Shown in pieces: positions 1 through 8,373 of a stretch of DNA of 64,000 nt. Numbering within the stretch: position 1 is the first letter of the stretch; each line of letters starts with the position of its first letter. Origin of the DNA: Burkholderiales bacterium (GTDB lineage Bacteria; Pseudomonadota; Gammaproteobacteria; Burkholderiales; SG8-39). The DNA lies in NCBI GenBank assembly GCA_035286595.1, contig DATEDA010000158.1, positions 6 to 64,005 on the forward strand. Direction: 5' to 3'. The position numbers were made by a program, and so were the translations under genes. The notes beneath the pieces were generated by a model. That model saw nothing but the letters and a program-made list of their open reading frames with translations. It did not search any database and had not been told where the DNA came from.

Positions 1-302
1 AGCGCTATGACCGCGCGCGCGTCCTCGCCCGCGCCTGCCGGATGGCGTTCTCGAGCGCGATCGACGAGTGCCACGTGCTGCTCGCCCCGAGCACGACCGG
101 CGAGGCCCCCGAGGGCCTGGACTCCACGGGCAACCCAGTGATGAACCGCGTCTGGACGCTGCTGCACGTGCCGTGCGTTACGGTCCCGGTCGCGCGCGGT
201 CCGAGCGGCTTGCCGGTGGGGTTGCAGGTGATCGGCCGCTTCGCGGACGACACGCGCACGCTTGCCGCGGCGCGCTGGGTCCACGAGCGGATGGCAAGCT
301 AA
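1..302 (+). CDS. amidase family protein, C-terminal part (5' end lies outside the window)
   Basis: The frame is open from position 3. The C-terminal sequence (LLAPSTTGEAP...TGNPVMNRVWTLLHVPCVTVP...GLPVGLQVIG) is typical of the amidase signature family (GatA-like). Confidence 0.7.
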   Translation, partial: RYDRARVLARACRMAFSSAIDECHVLLAPSTTGEAPEGLDSTGNPVMNRVWTLLHVPCVTVPVARGPSGLPVGLQVIGRFADDTRTLAAARWVHERMAS

Positions 303-371
303 CCTAACCGCGCGACGACCGCCCGCGCGAACTCCATCGTCGCGGCGGTGCCGCCCAGGTCGCGGGTTCGC

Positions 372-1259
372 CTACGTCGCTGCCGCGCGGAGCCCGAGCA
401 GCCGGATCGCGTTCTCCTTCAGGATCAGCGGACGGACCTCGGGCTTGAAGGCCGCGGCTTCGAAGTCCTTCAGCCAGCGGTCGGGCGTGATCAGCGGGAA
501 ATCCGAGCCGAAGAGCATCCGCTCCTTCAGCAGCGTATTTGCATATTGCACCAGCTGCGGCGAGAAGTACTTCGGCGACCAGCCGGAGAGATCGATGTAC
601 ACGTTCGGCTTGTGCAGGCAGATCGACAGCGCCTCGTCCTGCCAGGGCCACGACGGGTGCGCGATGATGATCGGCATGTCGGGGAAGTCGACCGCGACGT
701 CGTCGAGGTAGGTCGGATTGGAGTACTTCAGCCGCAGGCCGCCGCCGCCGCGCATCCCGGTGCCGATTCCCGAGTGGCCGCTGTGGAAGATCGCCGGAAG
801 CTTCGCCGCGGCGATCACCTCGTAGAGGACATACGCCTTGCGGTCGTTCGGGAAGAACCCCTGCACCGTGGGATGGAACTTGAAGCCCTTGACGCCGTGC
901 TCCTCGATCAGACGGCGCGCTTCGCGCGCGCCCATCTTGCCCTTCGCGGGATCAATGCTGGCGAACGCGATCATGATGTCGCTGTTCTCGGCCGCGGCTT
1001 GCGCGACCTCCTCGTTCGGGATCCGCCGGCGCCCCATCTCGGCCTCGGCGTCGACCGTGAACATGACCAGCCCGATCCGGCGCTCGCGGTAGTGGGCGAT
1101 CGTCTCGGGAATGGTGGGCCGGCGCCCGCCCTTGAGCGCGGTCCGGAAGTACTTGTCCGCCGCCTCGTCGTACTCCTTGCCGAAGAGCTCGGGCGGCTGG
1201 CAGCACGACACCTCGGCGTGGGTGTGGGTGTCGATCGCGATGAGCTGGTCGACGTTCAT
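372..1259 (-). CDS. amidohydrolase-2 family metal-dependent hydrolase (resembles CouO-type aryl-beta-ketoacyl-CoA hydrolases)
   Basis: This is the C-terminal 295 aa of track ORF 372..1787, starting at ATG MNVDQLIAIDTHTHAE. Motifs seen are HxH (THTHAE), FKFHP, HSGHSG and GSDFP. The ATG overlaps the stop of the upstream ECH gene (ATGA). Confidence 0.8.
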   Translation of the reverse strand: MNVDQLIAIDTHTHAEVSCCQPPELFGKEYDEAADKYFRTALKGGRRPTIPETIAHYRERRIGLVMFTVDAEAEMGRRRIPNEEVAQAAAENSDIMIAFASIDPAKGKMGAREARRLIEEHGVKGFKFHPTVQGFFPNDRKAYVLYEVIAAAKLPAIFHSGHSGIGTGMRGGGGLRLKYSNPTYLDDVAVDFPDMPIIIAHPSWPWQDEALSICLHKPNVYIDLSGWSPKYFSPQLVQYANTLLKERMLFGSDFPLITPDRWLKDFEAAAFKPEVRPLILKENAIRLLGLRAAAT

Positions 1260-2056
1260 CACTCCCGCCGCACCTTGCCCGTCTTCTTCTCGAGGAAGTC
1301 CTTCATCCGGGCCTTGGCCTCGGGCTCGCTCTGGGCGATCCCGGCGGTCAGCGCTTCCATGAAGAGCCCCGCGTCCTGGCCGAGCTCGGCGATCCGGGGC
1401 AGCGCGTGCATGATCGAGAAGTTCGTGAACGGGGCATTTCCGGCCATCCTCTGCGCCAGCTCGACGGCCTTGGCGAGCCCTTCGCCTGGCGGGACGAGAT
1501 AGGTGGAGAGGCCCGCCGCCTGGCCCTCCTCGGCGGAGTAGCTGCGGCCGGTGAGCATCAGGTCGGTCATGCGGTGGACGCCGATGATCCGCGGGACGCG
1601 CACCGACGCGCCACCGCCCACGTAGATGCCGCGCTGGGCCTCGGGCATCGCGTAGAACGTCGAGGGCTCGGCCACGCGCACGTGCGCTGCGCAGGCGAGC
1701 TCCAGGCCGCCGCCGACCACGGCACCGTGCAGCGCGGCGACGATCGGGACCTTGCCGAACTGCATGCAGTCGAACACCCGATGCCACGTCCGGGAGTGAT
1801 GGACGCCCTCCGCCGCCGAGCGGGCAGCGAGCTCGCTCAGATCCAGTCCGGCACAGAAGTGCTCGCCGGCGCCGGCGAGCACGACCGCGCGCACGCCCTC
1901 CGGCGGGGCGGCGAAGAACGCCCCGAGCGCCTCGACGGTGGGATCGTCCAGCGCGTTGCGCTTTGCGGCGCGGCTCAACGTCAGGACGCCGACTTCGCCG
2001 CGACGCTCGAAGCGCAGCGTCGCGGCGGGGGCGGACTCGGTCGCTCGGGACGGCAA
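1259..2056 (-). CDS. enoyl-CoA hydratase/isomerase (crotonase) family protein
   Basis: This is the C-terminal 265 aa of track ORF 1259..2665. A TTG start is preceded by AGGAGG with a 6-nt spacer. Crotonase motifs seen are AGAGEHFCAGLDL and GAVVGGGLELA. Confidence 0.8.
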   Translation of the reverse strand: MPSRATESAPAATLRFERRGEVGVLTLSRAAKRNALDDPTVEALGAFFAAPPEGVRAVVLAGAGEHFCAGLDLSELAARSAAEGVHHSRTWHRVFDCMQFGKVPIVAALHGAVVGGGLELACAAHVRVAEPSTFYAMPEAQRGIYVGGGASVRVPRIIGVHRMTDLMLTGRSYSAEEGQAAGLSTYLVPPGEGLAKAVELAQRMAGNAPFTNFSIMHALPRIAELGQDAGLFMEALTAGIAQSEPEAKARMKDFLEKKTGKVRRE

Positions 2057-2112
2057 GGGAGACCTCCTGCGGTGCAACAGGAGTTCGAATATAGCAGCGC
2101 GGGGACGGTGGC

Positions 2113-3132
2113 TTACCCGAACCGCTCGCGCGCGAGCCGTGCGCCCGCCCCGAGCGCCGCGAGCTTGCGCATTGCCACCGCCCGGTCCATCGGCGCCATG
2201 CCGCAGTTCGTGCACGGCTGGATGCGCTCCTTCGGCACGTGCTTCATCGCCTCGGCGATGACCGCCACGACCTCCTCCGGCGTCTCCACCTTGTCGGTCG
2301 CGACGTCGATGACGCCGACCAGCACGTCCTTGCCCTCGAGCAGCCGCAGCAGGGCCGCCGGCACGTGGGAGTTCGCGCACTCGACCGAGACCTGGTCGAG
2401 GCGGCTCTTCGCGAGCGCGGGAAAGATCGCCTCGTACTGCCGCCACTCGCTCCCCAGCGTCTGCTTCCAGTCGACGTTCGCCTTGATGCCGTAGCCGTAG
2501 CAGATGTGCACGGCGGTCTTGCACTTCAGCCCGTCGATCGCGCGATGCAGCGCGTCGATGCCCCAGCGCTTCACGTCGTCCATGTAGACGTTGAACGCCG
2601 GCTCGTCGAACTGGATCGTGTCGACGCCGTCGGCTTCGAGGGCGCGCGCCTCCTGGTTGAGGCAATCGGCGAACGCCATGGCCATCTTGACCCGGTCGCC
2701 GTAGTGCGAGTCGGCGATCGTGTCGACGATCGTCATCGGGCCGGGGAGCGTGAACTTCAGCTTCCGCCCGGTGTGCGCCCGGGCAAAGCGCGCTTCGGTC
2801 TCGTGCACCCGGCCCTTCAACCGCAGCGGCGCGACGACGGTCGGCACGAGCGCCTTGTAGCGGTTGTTGCGGATGCCGAGCTCGACCTTGCGCGCGAAGT
2901 CGATCCCGTCGACCGCCTCGAGGAAGCCGTGGACGAAGTGCTGGCGCGACTGCTCGCCCTCGCTGACGATGTCGATGCCGGCGTCCTCCTGGGCCTTGAT
3001 CCAGAGGCGCGTCGCGTCGCGCTTCGCCTCGGCGAGCGCGTCGCCCTCGAGCTTCCAGCGCGGCCAGAGCTTGTGCGTCTCGGCGAGCCAGGCGGGCTTC
3101 GGCAGGCTGCCGGCGATGGTGGTCTCGAACAC
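2113..3132 (-). CDS. cobalamin-independent methionine synthase (MetE C-terminal domain)-like protein, single-domain 339 aa
   Basis: GTG start with GAGGAG 8 nt upstream. Zn-ligand-type motifs HICYG and CTNCG are present, and the N-terminus MFETTIAGSLPKP is typical of the MetE-II family. Confidence 0.8.
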   Translation of the reverse strand: MFETTIAGSLPKPAWLAETHKLWPRWKLEGDALAEAKRDATRLWIKAQEDAGIDIVSEGEQSRQHFVHGFLEAVDGIDFARKVELGIRNNRYKALVPTVVAPLRLKGRVHETEARFARAHTGRKLKFTLPGPMTIVDTIADSHYGDRVKMAMAFADCLNQEARALEADGVDTIQFDEPAFNVYMDDVKRWGIDALHRAIDGLKCKTAVHICYGYGIKANVDWKQTLGSEWRQYEAIFPALAKSRLDQVSVECANSHVPAALLRLLEGKDVLVGVIDVATDKVETPEEVVAVIAEAMKHVPKERIQPCTNCGMAPMDRAVAMRKLAALGAGARLARERFG

Positions 3133-3201
3133 GACGGCTTCTCCTCGGTCAGGTCCTCGGTGTGACCGATTCTAGCCGCGCGTCGGCGGGGAAGAGAAAA
3201 G

Positions 3202-3230
3202 AAAACGCGGCCGGGTTCCGGCCGCGTTTT
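3202..3230 (-). terminator. rho-independent terminator downstream of the PEP-CTERM gene
   Basis: Perfect 13-bp stem AAAACGCGGCCGG/CCGGCCGCGTTTT with a 3-nt loop. On the minus strand it is followed by TTTTCTTTTCTCTT. Confidence 0.6.
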
Positions 3231-3248
3231 GGCGCTGCGACGCGGTGT

Positions 3249-4109
3249 CTACTGCACCTTGCGCCGCGCGAAACCGAACCCCAGCAGGGCCACTGCGAGG
3301 AGGGCGAGCGAGCCGGGCTCGGGAACCCGCACCTCGCCGAGGAACACGAGCCCGTCGATGGTGTCGGGGATGTTCCCGAACGGCTGGAAGCCCGAGCCGG
3401 GGATGAGGTCGATGGTGGGGCTGGAAAGATCGTAGGCTTCGACGAGTCCGCCTTGGCGCCCGACCCACATGATGTTCGCGCCTGGGTCATACGCGAGTGC
3501 GCCTACGTTCGCTACGTCCACACCCACCCCCAATTCCTTCTTCGCAGTGTAGGTGTTTGTCGCCGGGTCCCAGATTCCGAACGACTCTCCGTTCCACTTG
3601 GAGATCCAGATCTCCGTCCCGACCAACGCCATGCCTACCACGTCGGGCTGCGAAAAGATCGCCAGCTGGTCGCCGGTGACCGGGTCAATCTGCCGGATCA
3701 CGTCCGAGTAGTGCGCGTGATAGAACTTGCCGTCGGCGGCGAACAGCATCTCCTCGTTGCAGCAAGTTCCGCTTGGAATGTCCGGCGCGTTGATCGACGA
3801 GATCAAATTGCCGTTGTAGTCCAAGCGATGAAGCGTGTTCAGCCCAGGGGTGCCGGCGAACAGGAATCCTCCCCCATCGGCCATCCCGTTCAGGAGAATG
3901 GGCGCACCGCTCGGCAGATTGCCGAGCGGAATGATGATCTGGCTCACGAACGCACCCGCGTTCGTGGTGACCTTGCCGAGCCGATCCGGAAGGAAAGGCG
4001 TGAACTCCTCGACATCCGCACCTACGAACAGGGTGCCCGCCGAGGCGCTACTGGCACCTAGCGCGATCCCCAGGCCGATGAGTACAGCTCGTGTAGTAGT
4101 TGTTCGCAC
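3249..4109 (-). CDS. PEP-CTERM sorting-domain secreted protein
   Basis: N-terminal signal peptide (MRTTTTRAVLIGLGIALGASSASA). C-terminal VPEPGSLALLAVALLGFGFARRK gives the PEP motif, a TM helix and a basic tail. Confidence 0.85.
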   Translation of the reverse strand: MRTTTTRAVLIGLGIALGASSASAGTLFVGADVEEFTPFLPDRLGKVTTNAGAFVSQIIIPLGNLPSGAPILLNGMADGGGFLFAGTPGLNTLHRLDYNGNLISSINAPDIPSGTCCNEEMLFAADGKFYHAHYSDVIRQIDPVTGDQLAIFSQPDVVGMALVGTEIWISKWNGESFGIWDPATNTYTAKKELGVGVDVANVGALAYDPGANIMWVGRQGGLVEAYDLSSPTIDLIPGSGFQPFGNIPDTIDGLVFLGEVRVPEPGSLALLAVALLGFGFARRKVQ

Positions 4110-4190
4110 ATTCCCCTCCTTGCGTTGTGCCGGGGCTCAGAAGGACGCTGGTCAAACACCTAGCGACGCCCCGCATGCTCTGGTGCAGAG

Positions 4191-4205
4191 CAACAGGCGT
4201 GCCAC
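4191..4205 (-). promoter_or_regulatory. sigma-54 (-24/-12) promoter candidate for the PEP-CTERM gene
   Basis: The minus strand reads TGGCACGCCTGTTGCT, which fits TGGCAC-N5-TTGCW. It lies about 80 nt upstream of the start at 4109. An 11-nt palindrome TTGAAATTCAA lies just upstream of it. Confidence 0.55.
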
Positions 4206-4340
4206 GCGTTGAAATTCAATGAGATGCGTGCGAAAAGTTCGAGTAGCGCTCCCGGAATGTAAGGCCTTCCGACGTGCCGCCGTTCGTGCAGGCCCTCCCC
4301 GCTGGGGTAAAGCCCAGCGCGCGCTGCCGCGGGAGTGCGT

Positions 4341-4898
4341 CTAGACCCAGGCCTGCAGCACGTACTCGTACGGCGCCTGCGAATTCATCATGTCCACGCG
4401 CTGGAGCTTGATCCGGAACCCGTCCTTGGTCCGCTTCAGGTGATGGCGGTACGCGCCAGCGAAGTGCCGCAGCTCGTCGCGCCGGAGCTCGACCATGTGG
4501 AAGCGCGACCGCACATGCACGTCGCCCGATCTCGGGTCGACCTTCTCGACGACGACGTTCGACACGACGTGGTTCGTGCCCCACTCGGGCGCCTGGGACC
4601 ACGCATGCGGGTGCGTGACCCGCTTCATGCGCACCGTCATCAGGTCGCGGTCTTCGGCGAAGATCGCCGGCATGCCGTCCCAGGTCGTGTAATGGGGCGC
4701 CGGCGGCATCCAGTACATGCCGTCGGCGGTGAAGAGCTCGATGAACGCCTGCCACTGTTTGTTGTCCAGCGCCTCCGCCTGCCGGTAGAGGAGCTGCTCG
4801 ACCTCGCGCTGGAGATCCTGGCCGGCGCCGTTCGGTTTCTTGACTGCCGGCGCGGCCGGCTTGCTTGCGGCCGCGCGCTTCGCCTTCTTCGCCGCCAT
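4341..4898 (-). CDS. aromatic ring-hydroxylating oxygenase, beta (small) subunit
   Basis: This is the C-terminal 185 aa of track ORF 4341..6971, starting at ATG MAAKKAKR. It is an SnoaL/NTF2-like small subunit (LLYRQAEALDNKQW...) located 2 nt downstream of the alpha subunit. Confidence 0.85.
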   Translation of the reverse strand: MAAKKAKRAAASKPAAPAVKKPNGAGQDLQREVEQLLYRQAEALDNKQWQAFIELFTADGMYWMPPAPHYTTWDGMPAIFAEDRDLMTVRMKRVTHPHAWSQAPEWGTNHVVSNVVVEKVDPRSGDVHVRSRFHMVELRRDELRHFAGAYRHHLKRTKDGFRIKLQRVDMMNSQAPYEYVLQAWV

Positions 4899-4900
4899 GG

Positions 4901-6265
4901 TCAGCTCCCGCCGGTCATGTACTCGAGCCACGCGCGGAACTGCGCGCGCATCGGCATCTCGCTGCAGCCGCTCGAGGACTTCGTGACGCTGCCTTCGATC
5001 CGGTCGCGGCCGTAGTCGCGGTGGAAGCTCACCCAGTCGCCGCCGCGCGACGCGAGCCCCCACTGGCCCTTCTGCCAATTCTCGAGGTCGTCGGCGTTCA
5101 CGAGCGTCGCCGGCGAGTTGACGAGGTTGTAGTACCAGAGCGAGCGCCGGTAGATCGGCTCGGGGACGCCCTTGAGTCGGAAGTGCCAGATCTCGGAGAG
5201 CGTGCGGTCGGGGGCGATCGGCCGGATCGCGCGCAGCTGCTGCAGCGGCGACTGTACCGAGAGGCACGGATAGACGAGCGTGTGGTGGATGTTGCGCGAC
5301 AGGTACTCGTCCTTCTTCTGCTCGCCGTAGGCCTTGGCGAGGATGCCCTCGTACTCGAGGGTGTCCGGATCCTGCGGCCGCAGGCCCATGTAGCCGCCGA
5401 GGATCGTGTGGCCGTACGGATAGCCGAAGGTCTCGAGGCTGTCCCACTTCTCGAATGGGATCACGAACGCCGACAGCATGTGGTAGTGCAGCGGCTTCTC
5501 GCCGGTGCGGCGCTGGATCTGGAACTCGACGTCCGCGGCGGCGCGGCCGGTCGACTCGTGGGTGACGGAAGGGTGCACCGCGTCGAGCTGGTTCTCCATG
5601 AAGAACTTCCAGTTCGAGCGCTGGACGACGCGGTAGCAGTTCATCACCACCTCGACCTCGCCCTCGGGCGAGCGGTCGCAGATGTCGTCGAAGGCGATCT
5701 TCGCCGGTCCCAGCCATTCGACGAGCGAAGGCCCTTGCTCGGCGAGGCTCGCGAACACGAAGCCCCGGTACGCCTCGACGCGCGGCGCACGCTGCATGTT
5801 GCAGTCGTAGCTCCCGAAGGTCGTGCCCTCGTAGCCGCGCGCGAGCGGGACCGACTCGATGGTGCCATCGTAGTGGTAGCGCCAGGAGTGGTAGGAGCAG
5901 GTGAGCGCGTCGCCGGCGTTGCCGTAGCGCGCCCCGAAGATCTGCGTGCCGCGGTGCGGGCAGCGGTTGTAGAGCACGTGGATCTTCCCGCCGTGGCCGC
6001 GGATCATCGCCAGCGGCTGGCGGCCGACCTGGAACGTCCAGAAGTCGCCGGGTTTCTTCACCTGCGACTCGTGCCCGGCGTAGATCCAGCACTTCTCGAA
6101 GATGCTCGCGAGCTCGAGCTCGAAGATGTCCGGGTCCGTGTAGCAGAGCCGGTGAACGCGGTCGGGCTCGACCAGCGCCTTGAGGTTGGGAATGCGCTCG
6201 TGCAGCACGTCTGCCTCCAGGACCGGGGATTGCCGGATGCGGGGAACTGTCGGAGTCCGGAACAT
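4901..6265 (-). CDS. Rieske [2Fe-2S] aromatic ring-hydroxylating oxygenase, alpha subunit
   Basis: Rieske motif CPHRG...CSYHSW is present. The first ATG (MFRTPT) is at 6265. The track start at 6289 is TTG, so the true start is uncertain. Confidence 0.85.
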   Translation of the reverse strand: MFRTPTVPRIRQSPVLEADVLHERIPNLKALVEPDRVHRLCYTDPDIFELELASIFEKCWIYAGHESQVKKPGDFWTFQVGRQPLAMIRGHGGKIHVLYNRCPHRGTQIFGARYGNAGDALTCSYHSWRYHYDGTIESVPLARGYEGTTFGSYDCNMQRAPRVEAYRGFVFASLAEQGPSLVEWLGPAKIAFDDICDRSPEGEVEVVMNCYRVVQRSNWKFFMENQLDAVHPSVTHESTGRAAADVEFQIQRRTGEKPLHYHMLSAFVIPFEKWDSLETFGYPYGHTILGGYMGLRPQDPDTLEYEGILAKAYGEQKKDEYLSRNIHHTLVYPCLSVQSPLQQLRAIRPIAPDRTLSEIWHFRLKGVPEPIYRRSLWYYNLVNSPATLVNADDLENWQKGQWGLASRGGDWVSFHRDYGRDRIEGSVTKSSSGCSEMPMRAQFRAWLEYMTGGS

Positions 6266-6335
6266 AGCGCCCCGCGCGGTCGGGATCAAGTCCGCACCGC
6301 GCGTGTACGATCACGGCTCGCGGGAGGGCAGGGCC

Positions 6336-7142
6336 ATGAGCAACGTGCGGTTCGACTTCACCGGCAAGGTCGCGCTGATCACCGGCGGCGCGTCGCTGCT
6401 TGGCTCGGCGATCGCGCGCGCGTTCCACGCCACGGGCGCCGCCGTGGTCATCGCCGACGTCGACGAGACGCGCGGGGCGGCGGCAGCGAGCCGCTTGGGC
6501 GAACGGGCGCTGTTCGTCCGCACCGACATCACCGACGACGCGCAGCTGGCCGCGCTCGTGGCCGCCGCCAGCGACCGCTTCGGGGGGATCGACTTCCTGA
6601 TCAACAGCGCCGTGACTTTCCTGGACAACGGTCTCGCGTCGACGCGCGAGGAATGGCTCCACGCGCTGAACGTCAACGTGGCGAGCGGCGCCATCCTGAC
6701 GCGATTGGTCGCACCGATCATGCAGGCGCGAGGCGGCGGGGCGATCGTCAACTTCTCGAGCATCGCGGGCAAGTTCGCGAACGCCGGCCGCATGCTCTAC
6801 CCGGCGTCGAAGGCGGCGATCCGGCAGATCACGCGCAACGAAGCGATCGACCTCGCCGCGCACGGCATCCGCGTGAACTGCGTGTCGCCCGCCTGGACCT
6901 GGTCCGACCCGCTGAAGACGCTCTCCGGCGACAGCCGCGAGCACGCCGACAGGGTGGGGGCGCGCCTGCACCCTCTCGGACGGATCGGCGACGCCGAAGA
7001 AGTCGCGAACGCGGTGGTCTGGCTCTGCTCCGACGGCGCCTCCTGGGTCACCGGTGAGGACGTCGCGGTCGACGGCGGGTACGCGATGCTCGGGCCCGAC
7101 CAGGGGCTCGGGCCGAAGGGATGGCTGGGCCGCGGGTCGTGA
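6336..7142 (+). CDS. SDR family oxidoreductase
   Basis: ATG MSNVRF follows GGGAGGG. Motifs TGGASLLG, NSAV and YPASK are present. It is divergent from the Rieske genes. Confidence 0.85.
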   Translation: MSNVRFDFTGKVALITGGASLLGSAIARAFHATGAAVVIADVDETRGAAAASRLGERALFVRTDITDDAQLAALVAAASDRFGGIDFLINSAVTFLDNGLASTREEWLHALNVNVASGAILTRLVAPIMQARGGGAIVNFSSIAGKFANAGRMLYPASKAAIRQITRNEAIDLAAHGIRVNCVSPAWTWSDPLKTLSGDSREHADRVGARLHPLGRIGDAEEVANAVVWLCSDGASWVTGEDVAVDGGYAMLGPDQGLGPKGWLGRGS

Positions 7143-7156
7143 CCAGCCGCGGATCG

Positions 7157-8359
7157 ATGCCGGCCGCGACGCAGACGCGCGTCCCCTGGATCCTGCCGGT
7201 CATCATCTTTTCCCAGTTTGCCGGCACCGCGCTGTGGTTCGCGGGCAACGCGGTGCTCGGCGACCTGCAGCGGGAATGGGGTCTCGCCGCCGAGGCGCTG
7301 GGCTACGTGATCTCCGCGGTGCAGCTCGGCTTCATCGCCGGGACGCTGGCCTTCGCGTTCTTCGCCGTGTCCGACCGGCTGTCGCCGCGGATCGTGTTCT
7401 TCGTCTGCTCGATTCTCGGCGCGCTGTCGAACCTCGGGGTCTACGCGCTCGCGGAAGGCTTCTGGTCGCTCCTCGCGTTTCGGTTCGCGACCGGATTCTT
7501 TCTCGCCGGCATCTACCCGGTCGGCATGAAGATCGCCTCCGGCTGGTACCGGAGCGATCTCGGGAATGCACTCGGCTTCCTCGTCGGGGCGCTGGTCGTC
7601 GGCACGGCCTTTCCGCATCTGCTGAAGGGGCTCGGGCAAGCCTTTCCCTGGGAGGCGGTCCTGCTCGCGGTCTCCGCGGTCGCGGCGTTTGGCGGCCTGC
7701 TGATGCTCGCGCTGGTTCCCGACGGCCCCTATCTCGCGAAGGGGACGAAGTTCGATCCGAAGGCCCTCGCGGTGATCTTTCGCTCGCGCCTCTTTCGCGC
7801 GTCCGCGTTCGGCTATTTCGGCCACATGTGGGAGCTCTACGCGTTCTGGGCGTTCGTGCCGCTGGTCCTCGCCACGCATGCCGCCGCGAGCGCCCAGAAC
7901 CTCAACATCTCGCTGTGGTCGTTTGCCGTCATCGGCGCCGGCTTCCTCGGCTGCGCCGGGGGCGGGCTCGCCTCGCTCCGCTGGGGCAGCGCGCGCGTCG
8001 CGTTCGCGCAGCTCGCGTCCTCCGGGGTCTGCTGCGCGGTCTCGCCGCTCCTGTTCAACGCCCCGACGCCGGTGTTTCTCGCGTTCCTGCTGTTCTGGGG
8101 GGTGGTGGTGGTCGGCGACTCGCCCCAGTTCTCGGCGCTGAATGCGCGGAATGCCCCGCGTGAGCTGGTGGGATCGGCGCTCACGATCGCCAACTGCATC
8201 GGCTTCTCGATCACGATCGTGAGCATCCAGCTCGTGAACGCCCTGGCGAGCGTCACCGGCCCGGCGTACCTCCTGCTGGTGCTGACGCCCGGGCCGATCC
8301 TGGGGCTGATCGCGTTGACGCCGCTCTTGCGAACGGCGAGGGCCTACGGAACGTCCTGA
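7157..8359 (+). CDS. MFS transporter
   Basis: About 400 aa, with multiple hydrophobic helices spread across the protein. ATG MPAATQ was chosen as the start (the track start at 7121 overlaps the SDR gene). Confidence 0.8.
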   Translation: MPAATQTRVPWILPVIIFSQFAGTALWFAGNAVLGDLQREWGLAAEALGYVISAVQLGFIAGTLAFAFFAVSDRLSPRIVFFVCSILGALSNLGVYALAEGFWSLLAFRFATGFFLAGIYPVGMKIASGWYRSDLGNALGFLVGALVVGTAFPHLLKGLGQAFPWEAVLLAVSAVAAFGGLLMLALVPDGPYLAKGTKFDPKALAVIFRSRLFRASAFGYFGHMWELYAFWAFVPLVLATHAAASAQNLNISLWSFAVIGAGFLGCAGGGLASLRWGSARVAFAQLASSGVCCAVSPLLFNAPTPVFLAFLLFWGVVVVGDSPQFSALNARNAPRELVGSALTIANCIGFSITIVSIQLVNALASVTGPAYLLLVLTPGPILGLIALTPLLRTARAYGTS

Positions 8360-8373
8360 CCGGCTCGCGCCGG

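Noticed and set aside
3133-3201. Possible cobalamin or SAM riboswitch upstream of the MetE-like gene.
   Set aside because: Only about 70 nt separate the upstream terminator from the GTG start. That is too short for either riboswitch class, and no conserved riboswitch core sequences were seen.
4341-6971. Very long track ORFs. Examples: 4341..6971 (876 aa), 12029..15484 (1151 aa), 13729..17895 (1388 aa), 58727..62356 (1209 aa) and 61678..63648 (656 aa).
   Set aside because: Each fuses a real gene at its 3' end with an Arg/Ala/Pro/Gly-rich upstream extension, often antisense to or overlapping another well-supported gene. This is typical open-frame noise in GC-rich DNA. Recognisable domains start at internal ATG/GTG/TTG codons with SDs.
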